Virus record (IMG/VR): IMGVR_UViG_3300032038_000022
Span: 54,860-118,859 of that record
Source of the DNA: a virus
Taxonomy: Duplodnaviria > Caudoviricetes
DNA length: 64,000 nucleotides
Direction: 5' to 3' (one strand)
The position numbers and the translations under genes are program-made. Below, piece after piece: positions 11,601 through 20,593 of the stretch (position 1 is the first letter of the stretch; each line of letters starts with the position of its first letter). Below the pieces are notes generated by a model. The model did not search any database. It was not told the DNA's origin and saw nothing but the letters and a program-made list of their open reading frames with translations.

Positions 11601-13726
11601 GAGTTAGCACCGTAAATCTTATCACTCCATTCAATAAATCTTGGGATACTAGTCTGTCCTTCTCCTGGATTAGGATTATATCCAGCTTCATCATATTTTA
11701 GAACAAGAACTGGAACATCTGTAGATCGTGCAATACTATTAATACTACCAACAGTTACTTCAACGTGGTTATCATCAGATAGAGAGAATCCATTTTCAAT
11801 ATAGTTAAGCAATTTTGTTTCTATACTTGTTTGACCTTGGATTCTTTGCTTATATGTATACCAGTATCTTACAATACCAGCGTCAGTCATATAAGTATAT
11901 TGTTTATCTTCTGGACTATTATGTTTAAAGTATGAAACTTCAAGAAGATTTATGAAGTAGTTACTTGGACTAAGCTTAATAGATCTATAGATCTCCTGTG
12001 TAGTGATATAGTTAGGATATACTAATTCAAGTACACCATCCATATATACACAGAGCTCAGAAAGTTGATCTCCTGTATTATCATTACGTCTAATAAATCG
12101 ACGATATATTGAGATAAGGTGATAATTAGAAGCAATAGTTGCACCGTATGTCTCTTCCTTTCCAAGATACATACTACCTAATTCAGTTACTCCGCGAACA
12201 ATTTTATTCTGATAGATTATAATACTATTAGCATCATTATCTGAATTAATAGTTAAGATCGGCTTAGTATCATCATTTGTAGCACTATATTGAATACCAA
12301 TACAAATTAAACAATCATTAGCTTCAGATGGAGTATCGTCAATATCAATATCTCGTGCATCTGAGTTAGCATACATTGTTATAATTCCATTGACCTTACT
12401 TTTGGTACCGTTATCGTTATAGGAAAAACCACTAGTAGTTTGGTCAGTAATACCTTGTTTATATATGCTTTTATGAACAGGAGGTCGGACAGGATCGTCT
12501 TCTTCATCAGGATTTATAGGATACCAGTTAAGGTCAGATTTAAGCTCCTCAGTATAAATCCAGTATTTATAGGTTTTTGTAGTTGCAGTACTTGAATCTG
12601 TAATTGTAAAAATTACTTCATGCCATCCAGTTGTAGTAAAGTTAAGAACACAATTTGTAGCCTTTCTTTCCTCAAGGTTGTTAATTTTTTCCTCCTGGAT
12701 AACTCCATCAAGCGAAACAGTATATGGGAAAGAGCGACCTTGGTTAGTACTTCCGTTATAGGGTGTGAGGGCAAAAGACTGAGAACCGGTGTAATACTCG
12801 TACCAATTTGATGTCGGTTTCTCATCTTGATAGATTATTCCCTTTTCTGGCACTACTTTAAGATATAATCCTTCTGGAATAAGGTTAACTGATAAGGTTT
12901 TATTAGTTCTAATACCATTAACTAAGAATTGAATAGTAAATTTATAATTACCTGCACTATTATTAGTAACGGAACTAATATCAGTAAATGCATCAAGTAA
13001 AATAGTTCCCTCACTTGATGTAGAAGAGTCAATACTACCTGATCCTGTATCATCATTAAAGTTTGTGTATGAATAATTTACAATACCTAAACTAGTAGTG
13101 GCCAGATAGTAATTAACAGCAACCTTTAAACCACCTGCTTTAATAGTTGAGATAAAGAGTGAATTATCAAGAACTGTATACCCAATACCTTGATTATCTG
13201 CGAAAAAACAGTTAAATGAGTAGGAGTTAGTAATATAGTATCCTGTAATACTCTTATCAACACCATTACCATCTAATGCAGTAATAGTAATACTAGCATT
13301 GCCTGAAATAGAAATATCTTTTTCAGCAGTCCAGTTATTATCCTGTGTCAATCTTACAGTCTTAGTTTCTTTTACGTTATTATACGTATAAGAATAAGTT
13401 ACTGTAAAAGTATCACCTCCTGGGTTATTAATATGAAGATATAACTTATATGTTCCAGCTTCAGGGAAATTAATAGGTTCTGAATTATTTATTAAAACCT
13501 GATCTCCCAAACGAGCTGAAATAGACCAAGGGGAGGAGGTGCCTCCACCGCCACCAGAGCCTGAGCCGACACCCCCGTATTGGTATATCCATTTGACATT
13601 ACTACGGAGTTCTTTAATAGCTTTATCCTGAGCTTCTAATATCTCTCTAAGATTTTTGCCTTTATTAGAACCACTTTCAATGGTAACATCATCTGAAAAT
13701 ATAATATTATTTCCGTTTCTTTTCAT
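5696..13726 (-). CDS. Giant tail-associated protein with CotH-kinase-like domain and leucine-rich repeats
   Basis: QGSTTRTYHAKNY, TLKADVVDSSHSNN, YLGIYN, DSVQKN and FYDMDTCLG (approx. 9900-11500) fit CotH-family motifs. LxxLxLxxCxxL repeats at approx. 8550-9620. Confidence 0.65.
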   Translation of the reverse strand: MKRNGNNIIFSDDVTIESGSNKGKNLREILEAQDKAIKELRSNVKWIYQYGGVGSGSGGGGGTSSPWSISARLGDQVLINNSEPINFPEAGTYKLYLHINNPGGDTFTVTYSYTYNNVKETKTVRLTQDNNWTAEKDISISGNASITITALDGNGVDKSITGYYITNSYSFNCFFADNQGIGYTVLDNSLFISTIKAGGLKVAVNYYLATTSLGIVNYSYTNFNDDTGSGSIDSSTSSEGTILLDAFTDISSVTNNSAGNYKFTIQFLVNGIRTNKTLSVNLIPEGLYLKVVPEKGIIYQDEKPTSNWYEYYTGSQSFALTPYNGSTNQGRSFPYTVSLDGVIQEEKINNLEERKATNCVLNFTTTGWHEVIFTITDSSTATTKTYKYWIYTEELKSDLNWYPINPDEEDDPVRPPVHKSIYKQGITDQTTSGFSYNDNGTKSKVNGIITMYANSDARDIDIDDTPSEANDCLICIGIQYSATNDDTKPILTINSDNDANSIIIYQNKIVRGVTELGSMYLGKEETYGATIASNYHLISIYRRFIRRNDNTGDQLSELCVYMDGVLELVYPNYITTQEIYRSIKLSPSNYFINLLEVSYFKHNSPEDKQYTYMTDAGIVRYWYTYKQRIQGQTSIETKLLNYIENGFSLSDDNHVEVTVGSINSIARSTDVPVLVLKYDEAGYNPNPGEGQTSIPRFIEWSDKIYGANSNDSSKLNIGIAWSNGNSEVQDIDISNIAAGNGSIAAQFTLDIQGSTTRTYHAKNYTLGIQAADSTAGYTPLFSPRFNPNDTNTYLPEKAFTLKADVVDSSHSNNTSMGAFVNANTSKFTQATVGDTGKYTNYVKNCLTGFPILVFVQINNPGGKADKTECYYLGIYNCNLGRSSYFNLGYCATSNLPDDLRVSDNGFCVCAIQDSAYALKPNLTVSEISDNNIYWDFSEYGSSILFTVESGVDKQFMFDDTESGADPSITNQRIQAFVEHTARAGGYVFYAIGKRMRSHKNSYREKGSVPNVYDQYNKSVSSTGVPSYKKDDSRTPEDPTQNDLIYYISGQTSGTGTVAPYVDFPSLVEYYTVCMAFGLLDSVQKNLNIKTWNSGGTFYFAFYDMDTCLGIDNDGKDSTYFAFSDFWEDKSVKDSEEDYYNAKPVEVYRDYFDKSQADGIVGYDIASSYAFAVAKYARAMNNKDEFLKEADLQSPQNLWATWRQGTGPLANADKFMETYYSGYMKNVDELMFNFNYRHKYLLTNADKTGFSTEISRFKGRRISYVREWLNGRLHILDAYFNIIGNTSITISDGKEYLSRDKQYYEAYPNANVTDTTNNDIYVIKDIFGSDQSYQDNLSFIIKAPDYSPLIMKMGDSLYYRYLLKKSTNKYKIATTDITGNNKWIFGGSALWTYLDSINSFVRTPFNISTNRLTTLNGNSGTVRSWNLNMPALQDVSLTSSDYQGELVFDASAVDNFPNLNNIDISNSRIQLKVVAENVKTVNLSYINTSSVKLSDCNALKTVTFGNSTISECIINPIWTNEIILRGNRIKYLTLDAKEKRNASLTIADSALEELTLTNFERVTIETCTKLKKITVDGPYITSLAVSSENSANNLENVIINATNLVTLNLGGCSNLKSLTINGTCDKLTTFNIDSAKLSSITYNNIPNTDSTLLDLSPMTSLSSVTIRNNPVVTKIRFANNRLRPIPIYTPFENCTYLERVYGNLIIGCDSCFKGLTRFSIHGKTSEAWGNSAKTRSNGVVLMPLEILSNIGTSDDHDTIVAKLNGLISYNNNQDPNVSNPIFYNTSSGWWKDGDNVTNIQFDRKKKVLDQICNDTSCTQFDIYYILNALALSNMKVDQLGYRSFWGNNSGEKRFAFNEGNQPNRYMFYGCSSITSISEMITGSDNTKFPCPDHDAEGNVTIDNGLISPLVNLTSFARLFDVGGYISRFFFRRKNDTTHPTYPYLTNISYQDFPYIYDEIDSLDYSRVNSLEEQISSHNDSVIQKMGNMTDFFKDLPKLTSINAICSPSYLNYDTLKILTGVTTVINSFNTSYGRGTIDLQKIFSNKRNLDTISNSFKVSNASTDYNHWDRDGKVKFPITSGMFNGFTNLQNIGYHDTVDNNGGFTNITVDNWTGNPNTITGFNGSGLRKYINQSEFPYKIFDPCKDVLVNCPGLFQDIQLIDGGDYAGITPFEFPGDLFSECRQLRNVAAFLKNCNIPYKLISEGFKDCTKLENITQIFYHDVSNNNNSQLEGQIPAKLFYHGHVKTSKVYYGTDDPDEAYTKNAEGVITWKTKKEFDFNDSSHIKTVYFANYNRKIRYAFQAFYGCGSIEKYDVNYVTTYGNAQNLIDRLTPTTTTEGTPWENIEYVNTSYIPFKYTISKESGMWKIRKDSKQETVLVDISKIYDGKQDKLKAFLGDTNIDQVFCYEDISTDLTPARSNSEKKGSTLNFFCAPDLLSYMKNTSTESANVIGMFKWCGSGEATNGIDISSWMRGRICPYLLVYLNEVRDFSEFFYNCKGLSSLAKLDEDNKGEEETYLIPKDFFSYAPKITTLNGTFQGVYFGNNPFLGVFNSLKNNSLDIRGIFAACRYDDQDENTYSISGIFSTNKLTDIAGAFCYKAVSPIKDTKTNRINITSGTYQEETINEKISWNNNFPESVQTSIKSSWIRYLYYGYSNEHAKEQYIDLSTNYNLGTSGN

Positions 13727-13731
13727 TGTAA

Positions 13732-16700
13732 TTATTTAGATATAGATATAATTGCGGTTTCTGTAGTAGTCCAGCTGCCATACTTCCAAGTGCTGTCTGT
13801 TGCAACCTTACTAATAACATCACCAGAATCAATCTGCCAAGTAGTACTTGCCCAATTATAGTTCTCATACAGATACTGTTCTTGAGTAGCATCAGTTCCG
13901 TATTCATATTGACTAAAGAGCTTAGTAGGAGCAGATTGAATATTCTTAAGTCGAATTAATTTAACTGTAATATTAGAGTTTCCAAGATCTACAATAACAT
14001 ACATAGGATATCTCTGTTCTGGACTAGCCTTTGCAGAAGATCCGCTATAAGTTGACTGAGGTAGCAATCTTGAAAATGCTTGATTAGGGCTAGGGAGCTC
14101 CTTATTAGACATCAGCTTAAATCCAGTAGCTTGACACATTAGATAAATAACACCCGCATTACCACCAGCAAATTCACTAACATACTTCATAGGATAGAAG
14201 AATCCAGCTCCAGCACCAGGGTTATTAGGTCTCTTAGTTAATGGGAACTTGCTCAAGTGAGCACCAGTATAGGTGGTAGCTGTATTAATAACAACATCAC
14301 CAATCCAATTTACTAAATCGTCATGCTCCAAAGTTTGAGTCATTGTCATAGGGCCATGATTTAAGCTTGACTTATAAGTACTATCTGAAGCAGAATCTTT
14401 ATAAAGATAATTTTCCATTACAGGATAAGTACATGAATAAGTATGTTTATGTCCACCAAGACAAAGACGAATACCTCTAAATTCAAGTAGACGACTAAAC
14501 CAATAAATACCAACTGTATCATTAGCATTTAATTGATTAAGATGACTACCAACAAGAGAGGTTCCACTTAAGCTTCTACTTGCACTTTTTATTTTAGCTG
14601 TATCCTCAAGATTTTCTTTTGTGATAACTGTAAATGGCATTTCATGACAAGCAACAATCATCTCCTTTGTTGTATTTGTCATGTTATACAACATTGTATA
14701 TACTGAAGTGAAACCACCATAGAATGTAGGTTCACCTGTAGTAGGAACAGTCCAACCAGTATACACATTAACTACTTGTCCATTATTCTTTACATTAAAC
14801 CAGTTATTACAATTTTCATATGTAATTTCACTATTGACCATGATAAGACGATAATTCTTAAAGTCAATATAATAGAGTGAAGGAACATACTTTCCGTTTA
14901 TAATAGGAATACTTCCTGCAGTTGTATCTACCTCATAACAATAGAATACATGGAAGTAATATGAGTTTGATTTACCAATATCATCACCTGTACCAAGAAT
15001 TGTGAAATCTGTTCCACAAAGGTCATTATTACCGACAACATTGACTTGTTCTAAGTGATCAAACAAATTAATACCTGCATTATAATAGTCAACCCATTCA
15101 TTGATGCGGGCACCCGATTGTGTCATATCACCTGTATTCATAAGAACAGGGAGAATATTAGGACTTGCAGTTTTATCAGCATTAATTCTCTCATTAACCT
15201 TTTGAGCTGCAGCACCCCAAGATTGATATTCAATCCAGTGAAAACCCTGTTGATCAGTTGTTTGGTAAATCCTAGGAATATAGGAGTCTGGATATAGAGT
15301 AAACGTCATCTCATTTGAGCAATGGTCTGTATCAGGTGCATTGCCATCTTTATTAGCTCTACCTACAACATAAGTGTAAGTTTCCGGAGAACTTGGTGCA
15401 TCTGCTCTTAATGCAATAATACATTTATGAGCAGTATATGAACTAGCTTCATCTCCAGGGAAATGACCATACATTCTAGCATAGATGATATTGTTAATAT
15501 CTATACTGAATTCTTTACGTCTAGGATATGAAGTTCCTTCCGTATTTGCTGTTGTAACTTTTGTATAAGAGCTAAATTTTGTCCAACTACCTTCATTCTT
15601 AATCCAAACATACTCATCAAATAAACCAGCACTAACCCAGTTAAACGTTCTTGTAGTATAAGGATTGATACCAAATGAACAAGTAACCATATTTGGTTTA
15701 TTAGGATCAAGTTTATTTTTGTCTGTTAATACATTCTTCTTTTCGAAAGATGCCTTTGGTGTAAATTTGGAAACAGGATAAGTTTCTGTAGTTTTTGGGA
15801 ATGAAATAACCTCTTTATCCAATCTTACATATTGATAGTCATTTGCACTTCCATGACGAACTCTAGAGCTATCATATGTATTTAGAGATTGGTATGCTTG
15901 TTTAGCAGGATCAAGTTCAAATGTATTTTTATAGATCGCATCAACAAAAACACCATCTACGATCATATTCATGTTCATATTAGCAGTTGTCCAATATGCT
16001 CCAGAAGTTGAAGTAATAGCACTATTGTAATAAACGCTATCAATATAATATGATTTATATAAATATGGTGCTTTACTCTTATTATCACTATCATTATTAG
16101 ACCAAACTGATGTTGAATAGTCTAAGTCTTCTTTTCCATAAGTTAAACAGAAACCATGAGGATCCGAACCAATTTTAGAACCACTAGCGTTCTCAGTTAC
16201 GATACCATTATGAGAGAAATCTATTAATTCTCCATTTTCGTACCATTCCATATCATAGGTACCTACTTTAATGAAGACATTAGGATCATTTAGGTTTGCG
16301 TATTGTTTACCGCGAATCAAAAAGGTTCCGCCAGCAGGAATAGTTCCTTTAAGAGGGAGATGTGATACTCTATATACATTATCAACACTTCTTACATAGT
16401 GCATAAAGCATCCATCGAGTTGGAAATCAGCATCACTAGTATTCTCTAACTCGATATATCCATGTGAACAACCAAAAGTAGTATTGGTTCTTGCTGGAGC
16501 ATAAAAAGCACCAATTTTCACACGATCACTATAAAGACCGATATCCTGAGTCTGTGTAAGAGCAGATTCTCCAGTCTCTACAGACTTATTATTTTGTTCT
16601 TTAAGTCTAAGTTGTCCTACCAGTCCTCGCCAAGTATTATCAGCTAGAGTCACCTTACTAGATTCTATTCTTCCAGCAAGAGTCTCTCCACCTATTTCAG

Positions 16701-18225
16701 TTGATTTGAGGTCACCGTAGGCATCAACTTCAAATTTAAACATCTTACCAGTATCTTCATGTATAAATGTGATATCGGAAAGAGTAGCAATAGATAATTC
16801 GCCGGTATCTCCATTTTTGGCGACAATACCCATTTGAGCAAGTAAATTCAATACTTCTTCTTGTGTCATACCAGTATCTTCAGGGTTAGTACTACCGCCT
16901 ATTGCGATAAGTGTATAATTATTTTTTATATAAAGTCTCTTTAAATCTTCTACATAAATCAACTCATTTTCAGGCAATTGATTCTGAATACTACTAAGAG
17001 TTGTAAATTTATCAACTGACCTAATAGTAATATGAGCTGCTTTGTAGGTATAATTATCGTCTGTTGGTTTGCTAGGAATAACTTCTTTACTAAAATCTTG
17101 ATACTTAGAATAAAATCTACATTTACTAAGTTTAAGATCGCGGAATTCTACCTCAGAGAATGTAAATCTAGTATCAAGTTCTTTTAAGTCACTAACAATA
17201 TCACCATTATTATAATATCCTTCAACAATTGTAGAGTCTGTTTTAGGATTGCCAATAGAGATCCATACGTAATTTTTTCCTTTATATGAAATTGAGCCAT
17301 CTCTATCGTCCTCGATTTTTTGTTTTCTACTAAGAACAATTAAGTAATTATAGATATCTAGAGTAGATACTCTAAGCTGTGATAAATCTATTTCAAAAGT
17401 TTCATCACCACCATCCATATCCTTCATCTTAATTGTTACAGTATTGCTATTAGTAGTAAGATATAAGAATAATTTAGGATCTTTAACATCTTCAACAGCT
17501 TTTGAACATTTAGAATCTAACCATGATGCACCCTCATTATTAATAACAAGTACACCATCCGTAGTAGCATTAACATTCTCAGAAGGATACAATATTTGGG
17601 CACCAGTTACATCCATAGCTAACGAGGCTCCATCAATTTCTGAAAGGCTATCCTCTTCAATTGACCAGAGTGGCTCTTCCTCGACATCACCTTCATACTC
17701 TCCTTCTACTCTTGACATTGCGGTATCTTTTCCTGTATATGAATGAATACCATAATCAAAAGCATTTCTAAGACGTGCTACCTCTGATTGAAGTTCACGA
17801 AGGGCTTTGAAAAGAATATCTACATAAGTTCCATTATCGGTAGTTGTATATGTATTATTTGTAATTTCCCCATTTAGATCAGCATCTTTATTAGGGATAT
17901 GTACATAATCTGGTTCAGCATCATCTCCTAGTTTATCAATCATATTTTGATCATAAACTGGAATACCTGCTCCAGGAACAAGTTTATTTCTAACCCAAGC
18001 TCCATTGAGATATTGATATGTATGTATACCAGATTCATCATTCTTAACATATACGAGCATACCCTCTTCTCGCCTAGCTTCTGGAATTTTATTAAGATCT
18101 GCAATAGTATTTACACTTCTATAACCACCCTTTCCATACTCCGCAAGATGGGTTGGATAGGTATCAGCAGAAGTAAATGGAGCTATAGGAGAAGATATAT
18201 TTGTACCTTTAATATTTTCAGCCAT
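13732..18225 (-). CDS. Large virion protein: lamin-tail-like domain plus purple-acid-phosphatase-type metallophosphoesterase
   Basis: YIELENTSDADFQLDG (LTD-like); TTRTFNWVS (PAP N-domain); TDQQG, TGDMT, VGNND, CHEMP and GGHKH calcineurin-like motifs. Confidence 0.7.
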   Translation of the reverse strand: MAENIKGTNISSPIAPFTSADTYPTHLAEYGKGGYRSVNTIADLNKIPEARREEGMLVYVKNDESGIHTYQYLNGAWVRNKLVPGAGIPVYDQNMIDKLGDDAEPDYVHIPNKDADLNGEITNNTYTTTDNGTYVDILFKALRELQSEVARLRNAFDYGIHSYTGKDTAMSRVEGEYEGDVEEEPLWSIEEDSLSEIDGASLAMDVTGAQILYPSENVNATTDGVLVINNEGASWLDSKCSKAVEDVKDPKLFLYLTTNSNTVTIKMKDMDGGDETFEIDLSQLRVSTLDIYNYLIVLSRKQKIEDDRDGSISYKGKNYVWISIGNPKTDSTIVEGYYNNGDIVSDLKELDTRFTFSEVEFRDLKLSKCRFYSKYQDFSKEVIPSKPTDDNYTYKAAHITIRSVDKFTTLSSIQNQLPENELIYVEDLKRLYIKNNYTLIAIGGSTNPEDTGMTQEEVLNLLAQMGIVAKNGDTGELSIATLSDITFIHEDTGKMFKFEVDAYGDLKSTEIGGETLAGRIESSKVTLADNTWRGLVGQLRLKEQNNKSVETGESALTQTQDIGLYSDRVKIGAFYAPARTNTTFGCSHGYIELENTSDADFQLDGCFMHYVRSVDNVYRVSHLPLKGTIPAGGTFLIRGKQYANLNDPNVFIKVGTYDMEWYENGELIDFSHNGIVTENASGSKIGSDPHGFCLTYGKEDLDYSTSVWSNNDSDNKSKAPYLYKSYYIDSVYYNSAITSTSGAYWTTANMNMNMIVDGVFVDAIYKNTFELDPAKQAYQSLNTYDSSRVRHGSANDYQYVRLDKEVISFPKTTETYPVSKFTPKASFEKKNVLTDKNKLDPNKPNMVTCSFGINPYTTRTFNWVSAGLFDEYVWIKNEGSWTKFSSYTKVTTANTEGTSYPRRKEFSIDINNIIYARMYGHFPGDEASSYTAHKCIIALRADAPSSPETYTYVVGRANKDGNAPDTDHCSNEMTFTLYPDSYIPRIYQTTDQQGFHWIEYQSWGAAAQKVNERINADKTASPNILPVLMNTGDMTQSGARINEWVDYYNAGINLFDHLEQVNVVGNNDLCGTDFTILGTGDDIGKSNSYYFHVFYCYEVDTTAGSIPIINGKYVPSLYYIDFKNYRLIMVNSEITYENCNNWFNVKNNGQVVNVYTGWTVPTTGEPTFYGGFTSVYTMLYNMTNTTKEMIVACHEMPFTVITKENLEDTAKIKSASRSLSGTSLVGSHLNQLNANDTVGIYWFSRLLEFRGIRLCLGGHKHTYSCTYPVMENYLYKDSASDSTYKSSLNHGPMTMTQTLEHDDLVNWIGDVVINTATTYTGAHLSKFPLTKRPNNPGAGAGFFYPMKYVSEFAGGNAGVIYLMCQATGFKLMSNKELPSPNQAFSRLLPQSTYSGSSAKASPEQRYPMYVIVDLGNSNITVKLIRLKNIQSAPTKLFSQYEYGTDATQEQYLYENYNWASTTWQIDSGDVISKVATDSTWKYGSWTTTETAIISISK

Positions 18226-19762
18226 AAATTTCGTCTATGCTATTAATTTTCTTTGTTCCTATTCTACTAAAGGGTTGTAAACTAGTTCCAGTCCATGAGT
18301 AGAAATCATTTTCATAAACATATATAATTTGAGATTCCGGAGTTACAAGAATGCCTTTAGTTGCAGATGTAGCTTTTAGAATTAATTTCTGTTCTTTACT
18401 ATAATATAACTCATCACGTAACATTCCGGATGTCGGAAATTCATCTTCAACAATACCAGCTAGTTTAGTAAATGTACTGGAAGCATTTAAGTTATATAGA
18501 TTCTCATCAATTTTACCACTAGTTGCATCAGTTACTACCAAGCCGGAACTAGCATTTCTATTTTTCCAAGCAGTAATAATCTCTAAAAGGGTAATCTTAT
18601 TATCTGCAGAATTTTCTAAACTTTCAGAAGTTGTAAAGACAAATGATTGATCCAAGTCAACAATACTTACAACATCTTTTTTTAGATAAACTAGATAATC
18701 AACTCCATCAATTTTAATTTTCTTATCAAGTGCTTCGTAAGTATAGATATAATCTAATCCATGTACGTCAAAAATATGTTCTAAGTTTCCATATTTATAT
18801 GGATAAGCTAATACATACCTCTGCTTTTCAAGGCTAATATCATTTACCTTAAAAGTTGCATTATACCATAACCTTCTCGTTAAATTTTGAATTGATGTTG
18901 CATTAGCTACCCAATCACTGCTCACTGGGCCAAAATAGAAAAAATTACCAAAAGTAATTCTAATTATATTAGATTTCAGATTTACATTAATCCCAGGTGC
19001 CAATGGGTAAATAGCCATAATAGAGTAATCAATAGTATTACTAATATTATTAACTACAAAAGATCCATCTTCTTCTGGTACTAAATCAATATCATTAAGT
19101 TTGTAAGTACAGCGGTTAGTAATATCTTCACCAGTAACAGTATTTGTAACTCTTACTTGAAATTCTATATCATTTATTGTTCCTTCTCTATAAAGTTGTC
19201 CTGAATTACTTTGTAAAACAACTTCAAAATTACTGTTTAGGGCACTTTCAATTAGATCGTGTGTTTCTTCAATAGTGAAAAAATCATCTGCCCTTTTCAT
19301 TTTTCCAGAGGTATAGAACCAAATATAACCATCTTCTAAGTTATAGAAAATAACATCTTTAGTTTCATCTAGATAATCTCTTACTAAACGGTTTGGTCCA
19401 TCTTCATTTTTGTAGACATACATCCACTTTTCATCTTCCGGATTTTTCCATACATAAATTTCACTATGTACAAGAGAAGAAACATCAGGGATAGACTCAG
19501 TTATATCTCTAACTACAGCTCGACCACCCAAGTCTATTACTCTATAGCAATCTTCTCCATAACCTTGTTTAATTCCAATTGCAAGAATAGAATCGACGTT
19601 CCCTTGAAATTTATCAGGACTTTCTTTTCTATAGCGAATCAATATTGGTTGACCTGGATAGTGTTCAATATCCTCATTCAATCTAATGATCGCTACTTCT
19701 CGACTAGATTCAATATACTTACTTCTTGAAATCTGGATTATTGATTGTTTAATATCTAACAT
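18218..19762 (-). CDS. Putative tail structural protein
   Basis: 514 aa; shares modules with 628..1206 and 2927..3883. Confidence 0.5.
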   Translation of the reverse strand: MLDIKQSIIQISRSKYIESSREVAIIRLNEDIEHYPGQPILIRYRKESPDKFQGNVDSILAIGIKQGYGEDCYRVIDLGGRAVVRDITESIPDVSSLVHSEIYVWKNPEDEKWMYVYKNEDGPNRLVRDYLDETKDVIFYNLEDGYIWFYTSGKMKRADDFFTIEETHDLIESALNSNFEVVLQSNSGQLYREGTINDIEFQVRVTNTVTGEDITNRCTYKLNDIDLVPEEDGSFVVNNISNTIDYSIMAIYPLAPGINVNLKSNIIRITFGNFFYFGPVSSDWVANATSIQNLTRRLWYNATFKVNDISLEKQRYVLAYPYKYGNLEHIFDVHGLDYIYTYEALDKKIKIDGVDYLVYLKKDVVSIVDLDQSFVFTTSESLENSADNKITLLEIITAWKNRNASSGLVVTDATSGKIDENLYNLNASSTFTKLAGIVEDEFPTSGMLRDELYYSKEQKLILKATSATKGILVTPESQIIYVYENDFYSWTGTSLQPFSRIGTKKINSIDEIYG

Positions 19763-19778
19763 ATTTATTAATTATTTT

Positions 19779-19839
19779 AAAAATAGGAAAGAATAGGTTT
19801 CGTCAACATTTTAATTGTTCTTCAAAATCTATTCTTTCC
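19779..19839 (-). terminator. Long stem-loop (terminator/attenuator)
   Basis: GGAAAGAATAG (19786-19796) and CTATTCTTTCC (19829-19839) form a perfect 11-bp inverted repeat, followed by a T-run on the minus strand. Confidence 0.5.
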
Positions 19840-19884
19840 ATAATCATATACAAGGATTTAAGTCTTGCTGAGGAGCATTTTTTA

Positions 19885-20586
19885 TTAATTCTTGAATTTA
19901 GATACGCTAATTGCATTAATTCTTGGAATAAATCCAGAAATTTTCTTTTTATTCACATCAATTTCTTCTGTATCATTAAGCCATTCAAGAACGATAAATC
20001 CAATTGGTTTTTTAACTCCCGGAACATGAAATATTGTAAATTGCAATGCTCCGTCATTTTGATTTAAAAGTTCAAAAAAACCATTAAATCTCATTCTAAA
20101 ACTTTTATCATGTGGGCCTCGACAAGTAAGTATATCACCTTCACTAAGTGAATTAAAAAGATATACATACGTACCAGATCCAATATCATTATAAGTCGAG
20201 CAGGGAACATCAGGAATTCCATATCGGGCATTTGAAATCATAAGATTGAAGAATTTAAATGGCAATCCATCTAAGTTTTCCTCTGAGTTATGAAATTCAA
20301 AATATAAAATTCTATCAGCTCCCGTCTCGGCTCTTAATTCTGATAACAGGGGAGTAAGTTCTGTCATATATTCATCACGTAATCTGAGCTTTTCATTATG
20401 TATCTCCCCAGAAATATCTATAACAAACTCAACTACTTCTTTAGTAATTGTATGTAAGTTAAATAAACAAAATATACCTAGTAAAACTAAAATATACTTT
20501 ATAAATTTTTTAAATCCAATTTTTTCATCAATCATAATGATTCCTTGGATGAAGTCTTTGAGTTTATTAATAATTAATTCAAACAT
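19885..20586 (-). CDS. Holin-like membrane protein (single TM plus GAF-like soluble domain)
   Basis: TM segment YILVLLGIFCLFNL, then ADRILYFEFHNS...PIGFIVLEW; architecture like T4 holin T. Confidence 0.45.
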   Translation of the reverse strand: MFELIINKLKDFIQGIIMIDEKIGFKKFIKYILVLLGIFCLFNLHTITKEVVEFVIDISGEIHNEKLRLRDEYMTELTPLLSELRAETGADRILYFEFHNSEENLDGLPFKFFNLMISNARYGIPDVPCSTYNDIGSGTYVYLFNSLSEGDILTCRGPHDKSFRMRFNGFFELLNQNDGALQFTIFHVPGVKKPIGFIVLEWLNDTEEIDVNKKKISGFIPRINAISVSKFKN

Positions 20587-20593
20587 TTTAATA

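Noticed and set aside
13525-13580. GC-rich patch near the start of the 2676-aa gene
   Set aside because: It encodes a simple Gly/Ser linker.
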